A DNA stretch of 64,000 bases from Octopus vulgaris (taxonomy: Eukaryota), in assembly GCA_951406725.2 (NCBI GenBank), contig OX597819.1:79794001-79858000 (forward strand), given 5' to 3'. Made by a program: the position numbers and the translations under genes. This document shows positions 1 to 14,006 of the stretch, in pieces. A model generated the notes under the pieces. That model was given only the letters and a program-made list of their open reading frames with translations. It was not told the DNA's origin and did not search any database. The first letter of the stretch is position 1. Each line of letters starts with the position of its first letter.

Positions 1-220
1 TTATGCGGTGAAAATCCCTGGAGAAGGACATCATGCTCGGAATGGTCAGTGGCAAGAGAGGAAGAGGCCGACCAAGAACTTGCTGTCTTGACACCATCAA
101 TGGTTACACGGGAATGACCATGGCCAATCTGAAAGAAGCGACTCACGATAGAACTGGCTGGAGAACACTGATCCATCGAGTAACCGAGACGACTTCGACT
201 GATCGGATAGATAGATAGAT
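1..220 (+). mobile_element. 3' end of RTE/BovB-like LINE (ORF2 C-terminus) with (GATA)n tail
   Basis: Translation LEKDIMLGMVSGKRGRGRPRTC.LD.I...A.DR.GWR.LIHRV resembles the RTE-clade C-terminal motif; it runs into GATAGATA repeats. Confidence 0.75.
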
Positions 221-348
221 CATGACTTCATTCGCTCTTTAACGGATTTTTCTTTTTATGCTACAGAGTGTCGACGACCTGAACATGCAAAAGTTTCTTC
301 GTGTTAGGATTCATGTCATCAGTAATTCACTAGAATTGGTTGACATGC

Positions 349-428
<80 letters not shown>

Positions 429-429
429 G

Positions 430-462
<33 letters not shown>

Positions 463-477
463 ATACATATTTATATG

Positions 478-568
478 CGTGGCACCTTGATCAAATGTCT
501 TCTACTATAGCTCGGGCCGACCAAAGCCTTGCGAGTGGATTTGGTAAACGGAAGCTGAAAGAAGCTCG

Positions 569-620
<52 letters not shown>

Positions 621-825
621 ATGTTTGTATATGTTTGTGTGTTTGTCCCCCCACAACATCACTTGACAACCGATGCTGGTGTGTTTACGTTGACGTAACT
701 TAGCGGTTCAGCAAAAAAAACCGATAGAATAAGTACTAGGCTTAGAAAGTCCTGGGATCGATTTGGTAGACTAAAGACGATGCTCCAGCATGGCCGCAGT
801 CAAATGATTGAAACAAGTAAAAGAG
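478..825 (+). mobile_element. tRNA-derived SINE family A (5'-truncated) with internal (TA)/(TG) microsatellite
   Basis: Same sequence as copies at 18198, 19415, 44737, 57302 and 60085; ends in TGCTCCAGCATGGCCGCAGTCAAATGATTGAAACAAGTAAAAGA. Confidence 0.85.
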
Positions 826-845
826 TATATATATATATATTTGTG

Positions 846-917
<72 letters not shown>

Positions 918-1042
918 ATGTATAACTGTAAACAAGGGAGAGAGGATTGAACAAACACTCTCAATTGCATAAAACTACAATGATCATACCCAGATTGAAT
1001 TTATATATACGTGTGTGTGTATGTGTATATACGTAAATATAT

Positions 1043-1305
1043 ATCACGTGATCAAGTGACCGACCAAGCTGTTAGATGTGGTTATTCATCGCTCGTCACA
1101 ATGCATTGTTTTAGCCTTCAATGACGTCAAACCGCTGGCTAGGCGTGCGGGCCAACATTCAATATTGATCGAAAGGGAGATGGGAGCAATGTGAAATGAA
1201 GTGTTTTGCTCTAGGTACAAAACGCGCCGCCCATTCAGGGAATCGAACCCACGATCTAGCGATCATGATTGCAACAGCCAAAACACTAGGCCACGCGCTT
1301 TCACA
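1043..1305 (-). mobile_element. tRNA-head SINE (family B head, tail type 4)
   Basis: Minus strand has A-box-like GTGGCCTAGTGTTTGG and B-box GGTTCGATTCCC, then a CORE-like GAGCAAAACACTTCATTTCAC segment; the tail is repeated at 1348-1478. Confidence 0.7.
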
Positions 1306-1310
1306 CGTAA

Positions 1311-1347
<37 letters not shown>

Positions 1348-1354
<7 letters not shown>

Positions 1355-1478
1355 ATCACGTGACCGACCAGACCATCAGATGTTGCTACACATCGCTGGT
1401 CACAATGCGCTTCACATCGTTTTAGCCTTCGAATGACGCCACCTCGCTGGCTAAGCGAGCAGGCCAACAGAAGAAAGA
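1348..1478 (-). mobile_element. 3' fragment of the SINE at 1043-1305
   Basis: TCACGTGATCACGTGACCGACCA...GGCCAACA aligns with 1043-1158. Confidence 0.7.
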
Positions 1479-1829
1479 GTGTATATATATGTAAATGCAT
1501 ATATGTATACATACAAACACACACATACATACATACATACATACATACATACATACATACACACATGCATACACACACATACATTTATATATAAATACAT
1601 GCACATATAGGTACGCCTATGTGTGTGTCTGCATGCTTGAAAAGTGAGTAATACAGATTTCAGTCATACAGGGCAATAATATGTATTTGAATTGTTAAGT
1701 ACTCTTTTTAATGAATGTACATAAGTGTATATATATATATATATATATATATTTATGCATATATACATATCAATGCATGTAGATATGTATATAAATATGT
1801 GTGTATATCTATGTATGTATGCCTCTATG

Positions 1830-1877
<48 letters not shown>

Positions 1878-2541
1878 CATACATACATACATATATATAT
1901 ATATCTGAACACATGCATCCATAATATATTAGGTGTAGGTAAAGAGCGCAATGTATGGAAACATAATCCTGCATTGTTTTCGAAGATATGGAGTTATTTT
2001 TATGTTTTTGCCTTTCTTCTACTTCCTTCTTGAAGAATCCATTATACTGCGATAGATTTAACGCCTACAAAATGGCTTAATACTCCGAATACAGACGGCA
2101 TATGATTGCTATAAAAAAGAAAATCATCAAATTGACCTCTTCGCTAATTCTGCAACCTTTCACGAGTCAAACAGTCTTATATAAAACCGCTTACCATGAT
2201 TTAATATAATAAATCTGTATGGCTGATATCTTAAAATTAGTTAATAGCACAAAAAACGGGAAGAGAATTTCAAATGTCTTTTCAAAATGGTGGCTAACCT
2301 AAAACAGCATTCGAATTTCGACTTTCACACATTTCTCTCTCTCTCTTTTCCTCTCTCTTTCTCTCTCTCTCTTCCCCCTCTCTCTCTTTATTTACATATT
2401 TATCTTTGAATCTTTCTGTACTGAAGTTCTCCCCCTATGTGTTTTTGTTCTCTCTTATTTAACGCTATCCCTGTTTTCTGTAATTTTACATTATTTCTCC
2501 TTCTTTTTCTTTCGCTTTTTCTTTTTCTTTCCCTCTCTCAG

Positions 2542-2598
<57 letters not shown>

Positions 2599-2659
2599 AA
2601 CTTTACTCCATCTACCTACCTATCTATCTATCTATCTATCTATCTATCCATCTACCTAC

Positions 2660-2739
<80 letters not shown>

Positions 2740-2809
2740 TTAGCTGTCAGACTGTCTGTCTGTCAAGCTATCCATCGATCCATCCATCCATCTATCCATC
2801 CAACCATTC

Positions 2810-2865
<56 letters not shown>
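2542..2865. repeat. (TATC)n/(TCCA)n microsatellite complex
   Basis: Direct reading of tandem tetranucleotides. Confidence 0.95.
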
Positions 2866-2868
<3 letters not shown>

Positions 2869-3429
2869 ATTTTCCCATTCGTTCTATAATCATCACATTC
2901 AGCTCTCAACTCTATCTTTCGCTCTCTTTTTATCTCTCTCTCTCTTTCTCTCTCTCTCTTTTTTTCTTTCTCTCTCTGCTCGCCACTCTCGATTTTCATT
3001 ATTTTTCAATCCAGTACTGCATTTGGACTACTGCTGCTGTTGTTGTTGTTGTTGTTGCTGTTTCCTGTTATTGTCAACGTGTTTTTTTTTTATATTTGCC
3101 CTTGTTTTGATCGGCATCATTCTCGTCGTCAAACTTGTTGATATTGTGAATATAGCTGTTGCTGTTTTTGTGGCTTTGCTTGTTGCATTTGTTTTGTTGT
3201 TGTGGTGGTGTTGGAGGTGTTGGTGGTGTTGGTGGTGTTGGTGATGATGACGGCAACGATGCCGATGACGACGCTTTTGATTGCTGTAATGATAATGTTT
3301 TTTTTTTCTTTACTTTTCCTTCCGAAAAATATTTATTTTAATTTTTTTTTTTTGGTTTTGGTTTTGGTTAACAAAGAAATTAAAATTGAATCTTTCAAAT
3401 ATTTTATTATTTTATGATAAGGGATCGTG

Positions 3430-3945
<516 letters not shown>

Positions 3946-4780
3946 TGAAAATACATATTACAAAAAAGACTCAAAACTGACGATGGAAAGAAAAGAAAAC
4001 CAAAAGCTAACAAAAGAAAAAAAACAGAAAACGAATGAAAGATATCAGAAATGTAATAACGAACATTATGCACCAGCTGAAACTGTAAAGTAAGCCAACA
4101 AGAAGAAAAGTAAGGTGCCTTGAAAACGCGCCGAAAATCCTACATCAATATAGTAAATATGCTGAATAGAGCAACCTTGTTTGAAGGTCCGGCTTTAGAA
4201 CTGATTTATCAATTTCATGTCATTTTAACACAGAGTTAAATATAACGAGAAAAATAACGGTAGATAAATGCATGAAAAATAGAAAAAAGTCTCGAAAATA
4301 AATTTTGAAGAAAAATGTAAGAAAAAAAAAAAAAAAAAAAAATAATGTAATAATAATACATGAAATGGAAAAGAAAAATATGGAATATTCGGAGAAGAAT
4401 TGATGGAGTAAATGAGCAAAAAAAGAAAAAGGAAAAGAATAATAAAATAAATAAATGAAGAAAGGGAATGATTAAAAGAAAACTTCTCTCTTAAAATGGC
4501 TGCGGAGAAAAGAGACGAGTGGGTTTCAAGTAGGGAGAAAAGTAGAAGGTGTGTGTGTGTGAGTGTGTGAGTGTGTGTGTGTGTGTGCGTGTGGGTGTGT
4601 ATGTGTGTGCAATGAGAAATAGTGGATGGCGGAGTGATGAAGAAGGGTAAGAAGCAGAACGATGAAATTATAAACATATGGATGGCGAAAATATAATAAA
4701 ACTCATGATGATGATGATGATGATGATGACAATAGTGAGAAGGATGACAAGGAAATAGTAATAATAATAATAATAATAAC

Positions 4781-4860
<80 letters not shown>

Positions 4861-4863
<3 letters not shown>

Positions 4864-5417
4864 TGCTCTGATGCAGTACCAGGCAGTGGCTCTCATGGCT
4901 CCTGATCTTAACTGATTGGAAGTGTTATCATGTACATTGTTTTGCCTTGGTATAAAAGATGGGCTACAGCAAATATTCTGCTCAATACCACAGAATTGCT
5001 TGTCAGTTGTTTGACCTTAACCAGTTGAGCATGTCCCTTAGTGGCTGGCGATATGTGCATTTCTGATCACGAGCAGAAGTAGTGGGGGAGCATCATAGCC
5101 ATGTGTTGAGAGGGATTATTTGGGGCTTTAATAATTCACCTCTGGAAACATGGGTGGTTCTTTCAACATCCTTAAACAACCCTTATTCAGGGACCTTTTG
5201 AGCGGGATGGGCTACTCAACCTGAAGAAAATTCTAACTGGGCCCCACCTGCAAGGTCATGTGCTGTTTATCTTGATATGAGATCACCATGTCGCGCACAT
5301 ATGGTTGTGATGCATGTGCCTGGTGTACCCTTATCAGACGGGTAGTAATGATGGGTATATTGGGCTTCGTATATTTTACCCCAGTGTTACTTTGATGGCT
5401 GAACTGCTCTCTCACTC

Positions 5418-5418
<1 letters not shown>
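4861..5418. mobile_element. ~560-bp non-coding interspersed element in (TAA)n, copy 1
   Basis: Co-linear with 5486-6048 end to end; flanked on both sides by (TAA)n. Confidence 0.8.
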
Positions 5419-5485
<67 letters not shown>

Positions 5486-5487
<2 letters not shown>

Positions 5488-6048
5488 GTCCTTATGCAGT
5501 ACCAGGCACTAGCTCATGGCTTCTCGTCTTAGCTGATTGGAAGTGTTGTCATGTACATTGTTTCGTCTTGGTACAAAAGATGGGCTACAGCAAATATTCT
5601 GCTCAATACTACGGCTTTGCTTGTCAGTTTTTTTTACCTTAACCAGTCTTGCATGTCTCTTGATGATTGACGATATGTGCATCTCTGATCACGAACACGA
5701 GTAGAAGTAGTGGGGAGCATCATAGCCATGTTTTGAGAAGAATTCTTTCGGGTTCGAATTATTTACCTCTGGAAACATGGGTTGAATTATTCACCTCCTG
5801 AAATAACCCTTATTCAGGGACCTTTCGAGCAGGATGGGTTACTTAACTTGAAGAAAATTCTAACTGGGATCCAACTGCATGGATATGCGCTGTTTATCTT
5901 GATGTGAGATCACAATGCCGCACACATATGGTTGTGATGCATGTGCTTGGTGTGCCCTTGTCAGACAAGTAGTTATGATGGGTATACTGGGCTTCGTATA
6001 TTTAAACCCAGTGTCACTTTGATGACATGCAATGCTCTCTCTCTCTCA
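5486..6048. mobile_element. ~560-bp non-coding interspersed element in (TAA)n, copy 2
   Basis: Diverged copy of 4861-5418 with the same termini; flanked by (TAA)n and (CAA)n. Confidence 0.8.
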
Positions 6049-6091
6049 ATAGCAACAACAACAACAACAACAACAACAATAATAATAATAA

Positions 6092-6297
6092 TCCTTTGTA
6101 CTATAGTCACAAGGCCTGAAATTTGTGGTAAGGGGGTCAGTCGATTATATCGACCTCAGTACGCAACTGGTACCTAATTTGTTGAACTCCAAGGCAGAGT
6201 CCATCTAGACGGAAATTGAAATCAAAACTTTGCGACGGGTGAAATACCGCTAAGCATCTTGTCCAACGTGTGAACGATTCTTCCAGGCCGCCGCTTT
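6092..6297 (-). mobile_element. Short SINE family C (Meta/Nin-like central domain)
   Basis: Homologous to 8480-8690, 17840-18050, 50330-50465, 58470-58675 and 59100-59290; family motif TTTCGGGGTCGATAAAATAAGTACCAG. Confidence 0.65.
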
Positions 6298-6328
6298 TAT
6301 AATAATATTAATAATAATAATAATAATA

Positions 6329-6360
<32 letters not shown>

Positions 6361-6375
6361 AATAATAATATTAAT

Positions 6376-6428
<53 letters not shown>

Positions 6429-6908
6429 TGATGTTTGTGACATAAGAACCTCACATATAGATGTGGGGAAGTTTGGGGAAGCGTAGTCGTTTATATCGAT
6501 CTTAATACTTGACTAAAATTTCCTTTTATCGACTCTGGAAGAATAAAATGCAAAAGGTGGTCTTGATGAAATTGAGATGCAAAATCTAAAGAGCTGATGT
6601 AACGATTTGAGATTAACTCCACTCATTTTACCGTCCGGTAACTTGAAATCACGTTCACATTAACAGGGGTAGGATGAAATCGATTTTAAATTAACCACGG
6701 AGTATGTTGATATAAGTTCAACGATTTCAGATAACACTCCTGTAATCCTTCCCAAAAGTTCGACCCCTTGGAGAAAAATAAATAAATTATTACACTGTAT
6801 AACACAATTTTTGTCCTTGAGTAACAACTCTTATTTCCAATTTGCTTACCCCGAGAAAGTATTAGAAATAGCTAATATTTCCTTCAGACTTTGCTTTTCT
6901 TACATATA

Positions 6909-7078
6909 TTCAAACCCCAAACTATCCCTTTCGACACATGGGTATGATGCTCTTCTACTACTCCTATTCATGATCAAAGATGCACATATTGTCAACCACT
7001 AAGGGGCATACTCAAGTGGTCAAGGTCAAACAACTGACAAACAAATCTGTGGTATTGATCAGAAAATTTGCTATAACG
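6909..7078. mobile_element. Partial, inverted third copy of the 560-bp (TAA)n-associated element
   Basis: GGTCAAACAACTGACAA...CTGTGGTATTGA is the reverse complement of part of 4970-5150. Confidence 0.75.
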
Positions 7079-7519
7079 ATATTTCTGCTTCAACAACACG
7101 GTGCTGGATCTACCTGAAATGTAATGGAATATAGGTAAGTGTCAAAACCATCATGTCCAGGTCACAAAAGCAAGGACTGGAGTGAATTGTAGTCATTTCG
7201 TTTAGCTGGAAGCAAATAGGAAATAACACTTGCTGACCAAGGACAAACAAAAAATAATTGCTACACTGTGTTATTACTGTCATTAACATTATTTTCCCTT
7301 GTAATTTATGATAACTAACGTAAGAATAATTTATAAGTCCCGAGGAAATAAAAATTTGAAAAGTTTCTGCCCCGGAAATCAATGTGTAAGTGATTTCTCT
7401 CTGTGTATGCGTTAGGTACACAAGTGTAAATCACAGAGAACGAGTTGGAGCTCTCACATATTGAGTTAAAGTCGAAAAAGTCGCTTTTAAATTGTATAAA
7501 TATATGTTTTTATCTTGTA

Positions 7520-7795
7520 AATATATTTCGTTTACATTTAAAGTGTATGGATATATTTTTTCCTCTATATGAATATATTTCGTTTGCATTTGAGGCGTAT
7601 GTATTTATTTTATTTTGTATAACACATATTTCGATCGCATTTGAAATATGAAAATATTTTTATAAATATATTTTATTTTTAATAAATTTGAATAGAAATA
7701 ACAGTTTTAAATTAATAGAAAATAAAACAAGCTAATGCTTCCAAATGCAAACAAAATATATATTTACACACGTCAAATTCAAACGAAATATATCT
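7520..7795. repeat. Imperfect foldback with ATATTTCGTTTGCATTTG subrepeats (probable MITE remnant)
   Basis: Three forward subrepeats (about 7522, 7573, 7625) and inverted copies at about 7740-7792. Confidence 0.5.
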
Positions 7796-8479
7796 ATGGA
7801 AAAAGGAAAAAAAACTGTGATTACTCCTCTTATCCGAATCAATAAATAAAAACACTATTTTTATTTTTAAAATTACAAACTCAGAATCTTTGATTTCAAA
7901 ATGTTTTTTAAAGGCATCGTAAAAATATTAGGGGATGTTTAAAAAATCCAGTATTTTTTTAAACATTTTAAGATTAGTTCGCAATCTTGAATGTTATACT
8001 TGTTTAATGTTTAAGTGTGTCATGAGTTGTATACGTTAGAGTTTATCACTTTAGCGAAACTAGAGAAGGGGCAATGTGAAGAGTGCAAGGGTAATTACAG
8101 ATGGGGCTGTGGATACCCCCGTGGGTAGTTTGAAAATGCTTCTACATTACCAAAAGGCAACTTAAAATCGGATGGAGTAACATGCAGTCCTTGCACCGGG
8201 AAAAATACTGAGAGGGTTTCGATCGACCTCCTAACGAATCTCTCAAAAAGAATGCTTTCTAAAGAGAAAGAGAAAAGGTGAAGCCCACGCTTTTTGGTGT
8301 AGACGGATAATAGCTTATATTGACCTCAGTGCTTTATTGAAACTTTATATCATCTCGTAACTGTGTAAAAATATTGGCTGAATGGAATTTGAACTCTGAT
8401 ACAATAGGGAAGCAGTCTAATATTTTTTACTAAACTAACTTCCTAATATTCTAAATTATAACAATGACAATACTGCTTT

Positions 8480-8690
8480 CAAATTTTAGCACTAGGCCAG
8501 CAGTTTTAGGCGACGGGGATAGTCGATTACATCGGCCTCAGTGCGCAACTGGTACTTATTTTATCGACTCTGAATGGATGCAAGGCAAAGTCGACCTCGG
8601 CGGATTTTTAATACAGAACTGCAAACGGGACGAAATGACGCTAAGCATTTTGCCTGGCAAACGAACGTTCCTACAAGCTTGCCGCCTTAA
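8480..8690 (-). mobile_element. SINE family C copy
   Basis: CTGGTACTTATTTTATCGAC...GGCAAAGTCGACCTCGGCGG...GCTAAGCATTT matches other family C copies. Confidence 0.7.
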
Positions 8691-9139
8691 TAAATACAAT
8701 CATATTATGATTTGGAGATTGATCACAAATCTGATAAAAAAGTGGTTGAATTGTTAAACGTTATGCAATACTTGTTTCACACCTGTCGATTGGGTGCCAT
8801 TAAGCGAATTCACGCCGTTGCAAGCATGTAAGTTTAGCACTGACCTTCTTCATGTAAGTAAGCGATTAAAAATAAATTAGATCGTAAATGAAGAAACTGT
8901 ACACAGGTTTTAGTGAAATTAATGGAGTAGATATAAAGATATATAAATAGCTGCGAAATATATATCTATTTCGAGGAATGAACATCCAGCTATTCGAACA
9001 ACTGGACAGACTGGTCATTAAATTGGCGTGTGATGTAGGCGAATATTGCACAAATATGAGTACTCTTAACCTAACTGTCATAAAGAATGAGCATGAAACA
9101 ATTGTGATGTGAATGGATCTTGAATTTCGGATATAGCAC

Positions 9140-9308
9140 ATTTGACAGGCTTCTGTATGATTTCGTCTGTCCAAATTCAGTCACAAAGTTTTGGTCGAAA
9201 CCTAAGCTATGATAAATGCGTTTGCCCAAAGTGCCGTAGAGTGAGTTTGAATCCAGGACCTTTCGGTTGTGAGGTGAGCTTCTTAATGACTCCGCCATGC
9301 CTGCCTCC
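9140..9308 (-). mobile_element. Degenerate SINE family A 5' half
   Basis: TTGCCCAAAGTGCC and CCAAATTCAGTCACAAAG motifs are homologous to the family A head. Confidence 0.55.
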
Positions 9309-10164
9309 GCGTCTACAGACGGAATGAGACGATCAGACGCAACTGTTTGGGCGCTGGTGATTCGACACAGCTGTTTTGGCGATAGTAATTTTGGCGTTGA
9401 GATATGCACATGTGCAAGCAGAAATATACATAGACAGAGTAAGAGAGAGAGAGGAAGGAAGAGAGAGAGAGAGAAAGGAGGATAGAGGGACAGAGAACGA
9501 AAGAAATACTAAAACGAAACTTTAAAACGTCTGTTATCAAATAAATCAGCATCAGAACGGTAATGTCAAACAGGCAGCACAAAAACGGCTATACCAAACC
9601 ATCTCATACTTTCTACAGAATATAAACAATTGACAATGAATGTGTTATAAATGAATAAAAAGTTGTTAGATAGATGTAGATAATATCAACGATAGCTTGC
9701 AGTATAAGCAACCAATCGTTATTTACTCAAAATATAGCAAACTGTGACGTATGTTGCCGTCTACCAAACGGTTAAGTTGTTTGATACTAGACATAGATAA
9801 ATTAGTGGAGTTCCGATTTATAAGATAGGAAGAGAAATTCTCAACATTAATACTGGTTCTTGAGGCAGAGAATACCAAAGAGATTAGAAAAATATGGCTG
9901 ACACGTTGATTATTATGAAAGATGTTCAAGAAATTTAAGTAAAGGACAATATTGGTTTGCACCAGGTACTGATGGTATTCAAACGCAGCGGAGAAAATTA
10001 AACTGTCGGATGTAGAATCAAGGTCGTGGATGAAATTGATAAAAATGGAAAGCAGATCAGCTATGCGCAAGCTATGATGGTAAAGGAAACGCATCATGTA
10101 ATTGTCTGCTATATACAATGCTTGCTTCAAATGATTATATTAAAATATATAATAATACATCGGT

Positions 10165-10540
10165 AATTTAGTTAAGCTCCTCGCTCCGTATGGGACATAG
10201 GCTCTCGATGACTTTTCTCAACTGTTCTCGATACTGAGTTATCTTTTCTGCTTCTTTCCAATTAGAGTTGCAGTTTAATTCTGGATTTTGCTGCCCTGGG
10301 TCATATGTTTCCCTGAAAAGAGGTTTTTCTTTTCCAGGTCTTTTTGGTTTTGAATTGTCATCTGTGCTTCTGTAACATTGTATTCTTTATTTCAAGGTAC
10401 GCAACAAACACGTTTTATTATCTCTGAGAAGTGATCCATATTAGTCAGGCCGCTATCCTTAGACCTGTCGGTATGGGAGGCCTTATCACGATCTTCCGTT
10501 CTCTGGGTCATTTAGGCACTCAAACCACAACACTCCAACA
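10165..10540 (-). mobile_element. Decayed RTE-derived fragment(s)
   Basis: Minus strand at about 10170-10262 encodes WKEAEKITQYREQLRKVIESLCPIRSEELN, like an RTE C-terminus; 10440-10540 resembles RTE 5'UTR sequence. Confidence 0.45.
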
Positions 10541-11297
10541 AAAACTGGTCCTTGTGGTGGACAGTGAGACATTGAAGATCTTAAAGTTTTCTTGAGTAAA
10601 CAATGGCTGGTTGAAAAAGAAAACAACTTGAGAATACTATAAGACGAGATATGATAGAGAGAGATCACAAAATGTTTAACAAAAATGGAAGGGCATAGAG
10701 GGAAGAGTCACAAAAATAAAGAAAACAAAAATCTATTTTTCTTCTTTAGAGAGAGGCCGACAAATACAAAGCACAGCTGCAACGGAAACATTGACAAACA
10801 ACAAAAGCGTTAAAATAATTAACACTGAATTAAAAACAGGATTTTAAAACATCTTAAAATTCCACATAGAACTATTCACTGGAATATACTAACCATGTCC
10901 AGTGTTCAGTAAGACTCGACAAGGAGGAAGTAGATAAAGGGTGAGGGGGGAACCATTATCCTAATTGAAAAGTTTTGAACTCAAGTTGGAACCGAATGAG
11001 TATAGTAACTACAAAATCAAAGGCATACCTCAAGAATCTATAAAAAACATAAAGGTGTAAAATACAAGCCAGAAAAAAAGCTGGATAAAGTGTTGAGATT
11101 GAGAAGAAATAGTCACTGACATTGATTTCAGTTATCCAAATTTAGTCAAAACAGAAAAGAGAAACATATATGACATACTTGGATGACGCTAACACAAAAC
11201 GTAGTAGTAGTATTAGTAGTAGTAGCAGGAGCAGCAGGAGCAGAAGCAGCTGAAGTAGTAGTAGCAGTAGCAGTAACAACAGCAGCAACAGCAGTCA

Positions 11298-11337
<40 letters not shown>

Positions 11338-12228
11338 TCTCACAACTGATACGGGATTGTTTAATGATGGCATCTTAAAGAAACGAAACTATACAGTTAC
11401 AATCGGATCCAGTTAGAAATTTTGTGCAAATTAATATTTAAAAAAAAACAATTTGTATACTGTATTTCAAGTACAGAGAAATTTCAGTTGTATTTTTAAC
11501 ACTTGAATTGAAAATGTAACAGAAAGTAAGTGACCAGATATTGTCGTTCTGGGATTAAAAAGAAATTAGAAACACCATAGCTAAAGCTCATTTGAATTGC
11601 AATATTTGGATATAATACTAATATTTTATAAGAATAAAAGCTGAATGTGTATCATGATACAGTGTGTAAGATGGTATAATAAGTAGATATATCTACAGAA
11701 GCTGCTTCATATAAGATTTAAAATAAGAAAAGTGAGAAATGCTGTAGTAAATAGGATATTAAATAAGATATAGGGAGAGAAACCGATATTACCCTATAAC
11801 TGGAGTATAACTCAATATTAACTACAAGTTATAATAATAGAAACTGTAACAAAAGACTCAGTGTTTGCCAAATTGTTATTATTTCGAAACAAGCCCAAAC
11901 TGATCTACTATCGAAGACATACTAGTCACGATTATCGCATGAATTTTTGTAATTCTAAGACTATATTACCAAACGTTTGCTTTATTCCTTTCTATAAAAT
12001 CGTAGGATACTATTTAAGATTACTCATGGGTGTTACTTCTAAGATTCAAGCGAACAAATAGATGGCTTTTTGGTTGACTAATCGTTCAATTTCTTTAACC
12101 AACAAGGATGTTAAAACTAAAACAGAATAGGCTGACACGAAAGCATTTGCTAGCGCTCAAACATCTACCGTACGAAGTGAGATTAAGTCCCCTTGCTTTG
12201 ACATCAGTAATAGTATACAGAGAGCGTT

Positions 12229-12608
12229 TTCGAGGCGCAATGGTCCAGTGGTTATGGCAGCAGACTTGCGGTCGTAGGATCGCGGTTTCAATTCCCAGAC
12301 CGGGCGTTGTGAGTGTTTATTGAGCGAAAACACCTAAAGTCCCTTGAGGCTCCGGCAGGGTGTGGTGGTGAACCCTGCTGTACTCTTTCATCACAACCTC
12401 CTGTCTCTCTTTCTTCTTGTTTCTCTTGTACCTGTATTTCAAAGGGCCAGCCTTGTCATACTCTGTGTCACGCTGAATCTCCCCGTGAACTACGTTAAGC
12501 GTATAGGTGTCTGTGGAGTGCTCAGCCACATGCACGTTCATTTCACGAGCAGGCTGTTCTGTTGATCAGATCAACTGGAACCCTCGTCGTCGTAAGCGAC
12601 GGAATGCC
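12229..12608 (+). mobile_element. Full-length tRNA-derived SINE with 12-bp TSD
   Basis: A box TGGTCCAGTGGTT and B-box-like GTTTCAATTCCC; TSD ACAGAGAGCGTT at 12217-12228 and 12609-12620; 3' half shared with 58778-59085. Confidence 0.85.
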
Positions 12609-12786
12609 ACAGAGAGCGTTGATAGGATACTATATGTCACGATTGATTTGATATCTTGAGATTCAGCAAGTTAAAATATACATGTCTGTAGTTAAACATC
12701 GAAATATTCTTAAATTAACATGAAATATATATCTTTTACATTTTATCAATTTATTTGTTTCAGTAATTAGACTGCGCACGCACACA

Positions 12787-12847
<61 letters not shown>

Positions 12848-12865
12848 ACAAACGCACACACATAC

Positions 12866-13023
12866 ACGACGAGCTTCTTTCAGTTTCATCTTCCAAATCC
12901 TCTCACAAGGCTTTTGTCAGCCTGAGGCTATAGTAGAAATAACTTGGCCAAGGTTTCATGCAGTAGGACTGAAACCGGAACCATGTGGTCAAGAAAGAAG
13001 CTTCTTATCACACGGCCACGCCT
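12866..13023 (-). mobile_element. SINE family A 5' half
   Basis: Reverse complement of the family A head, adjoining (CA)n. Confidence 0.75.
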
Positions 13024-13094
13024 ATGAACGTATAAATCATAAAACTCTACATGGACGGGTGGTGAGGAAATTCAGTTTGCAGTCGTAAGCTGCC

Positions 13095-13842
13095 TAGTTA
13101 CCTCCGACGGCAGGACACAATTTTTTTTCCCACGAGAGTTCCGGACCCCAGTAATGAACACATTTGCATACAGCCAATCAGACCTCACCTTGATCTTGCT
13201 GTCAAGATCTTGGTGTGTAACCAACAGCAGCATCCAGGAGAAAGATGGTTGATCGTGGCAGAAACCGGATTGGTACTGGCAGACTGTTGAAGGATTGTTT
13301 GAAACGTGTGAAAGGAAAGGTGATGTTCAGCTCTCAGATTATGTCTAGACGCAAAGCCCAACGTAACATATGTGAATATGTTAAAAACCACCAATCTCTT
13401 GGTAAAACACACTCTGTCAAGTAAACTCAAGACGAAAAACGGTGTTGTAAGTCGACTGATCGCCAAGTTATGCCTGATTTTAGGAGACAAGTAATTAGAT
13501 TTGCATCTATACCTATTATTGGATTTGGTTATGGTTCCATATAGTAAAAATGTAGGTAGAGGGTGATGTGCTAGCAACCCTCTCCCCATACTGTTTACAA
13601 AGTAAACAACACAAATAACTACGTAGAGACAGCCATGGTCGAAACAAGAACAGCAAGCGAAAGGAGAAAAGAAGCATGGTCATTCCTTACCCAAGTGAGC
13701 TTATCTTATTGCCCAATCACTTGTTAATCGCACATAAATTAGTTTGATAGTTGAGCCCTGATTAGCAGTATGCAAATGAGTTCATAACTGGGGTCCGGAA
13801 CTCACGTGTGAAAAAAATTTCGTCGGCGGGAGGCCTAAACTA
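13095..13842. mobile_element. Non-autonomous DNA transposon with ~90-bp TIRs beginning TAGTT (possibly Academ-like)
   Basis: GAGTTCCGGACCCCAGT..ATGAAC.CATTTGCATAC (13136-13171) is inverted at 13768-13803; ends TAGTT...AACTA. Confidence 0.7.
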
Positions 13843-14006
13843 ATATCTTTTATCATTGAATCGGATCGACTTTGAGTCCATGAAATCTTTCTGGTAACTC
13901 ATCAAATTGATGGTAGTTGTAATTCCAAAGACTTGCCCTGTCAGACAGTATGACCCTTTCTCTTCTTAGGAATGTCTATATGGGTATACTTATCCGTGCT
14001 GCTGCT

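Noticed and set aside
9723-10130. 135-aa minus-strand ORF
   Set aside because: No recognisable protein; the plus strand has WFAPGTDGIQ, hinting at a very decayed R4-like RT, too weak to annotate.
12232-12305. tRNA-like sequences (also about 57105-57180, 58778-58845, 61650-61720)
   Set aside because: They are SINE heads continuing into repeat bodies, with no complete cloverleaf, so not tRNA genes.
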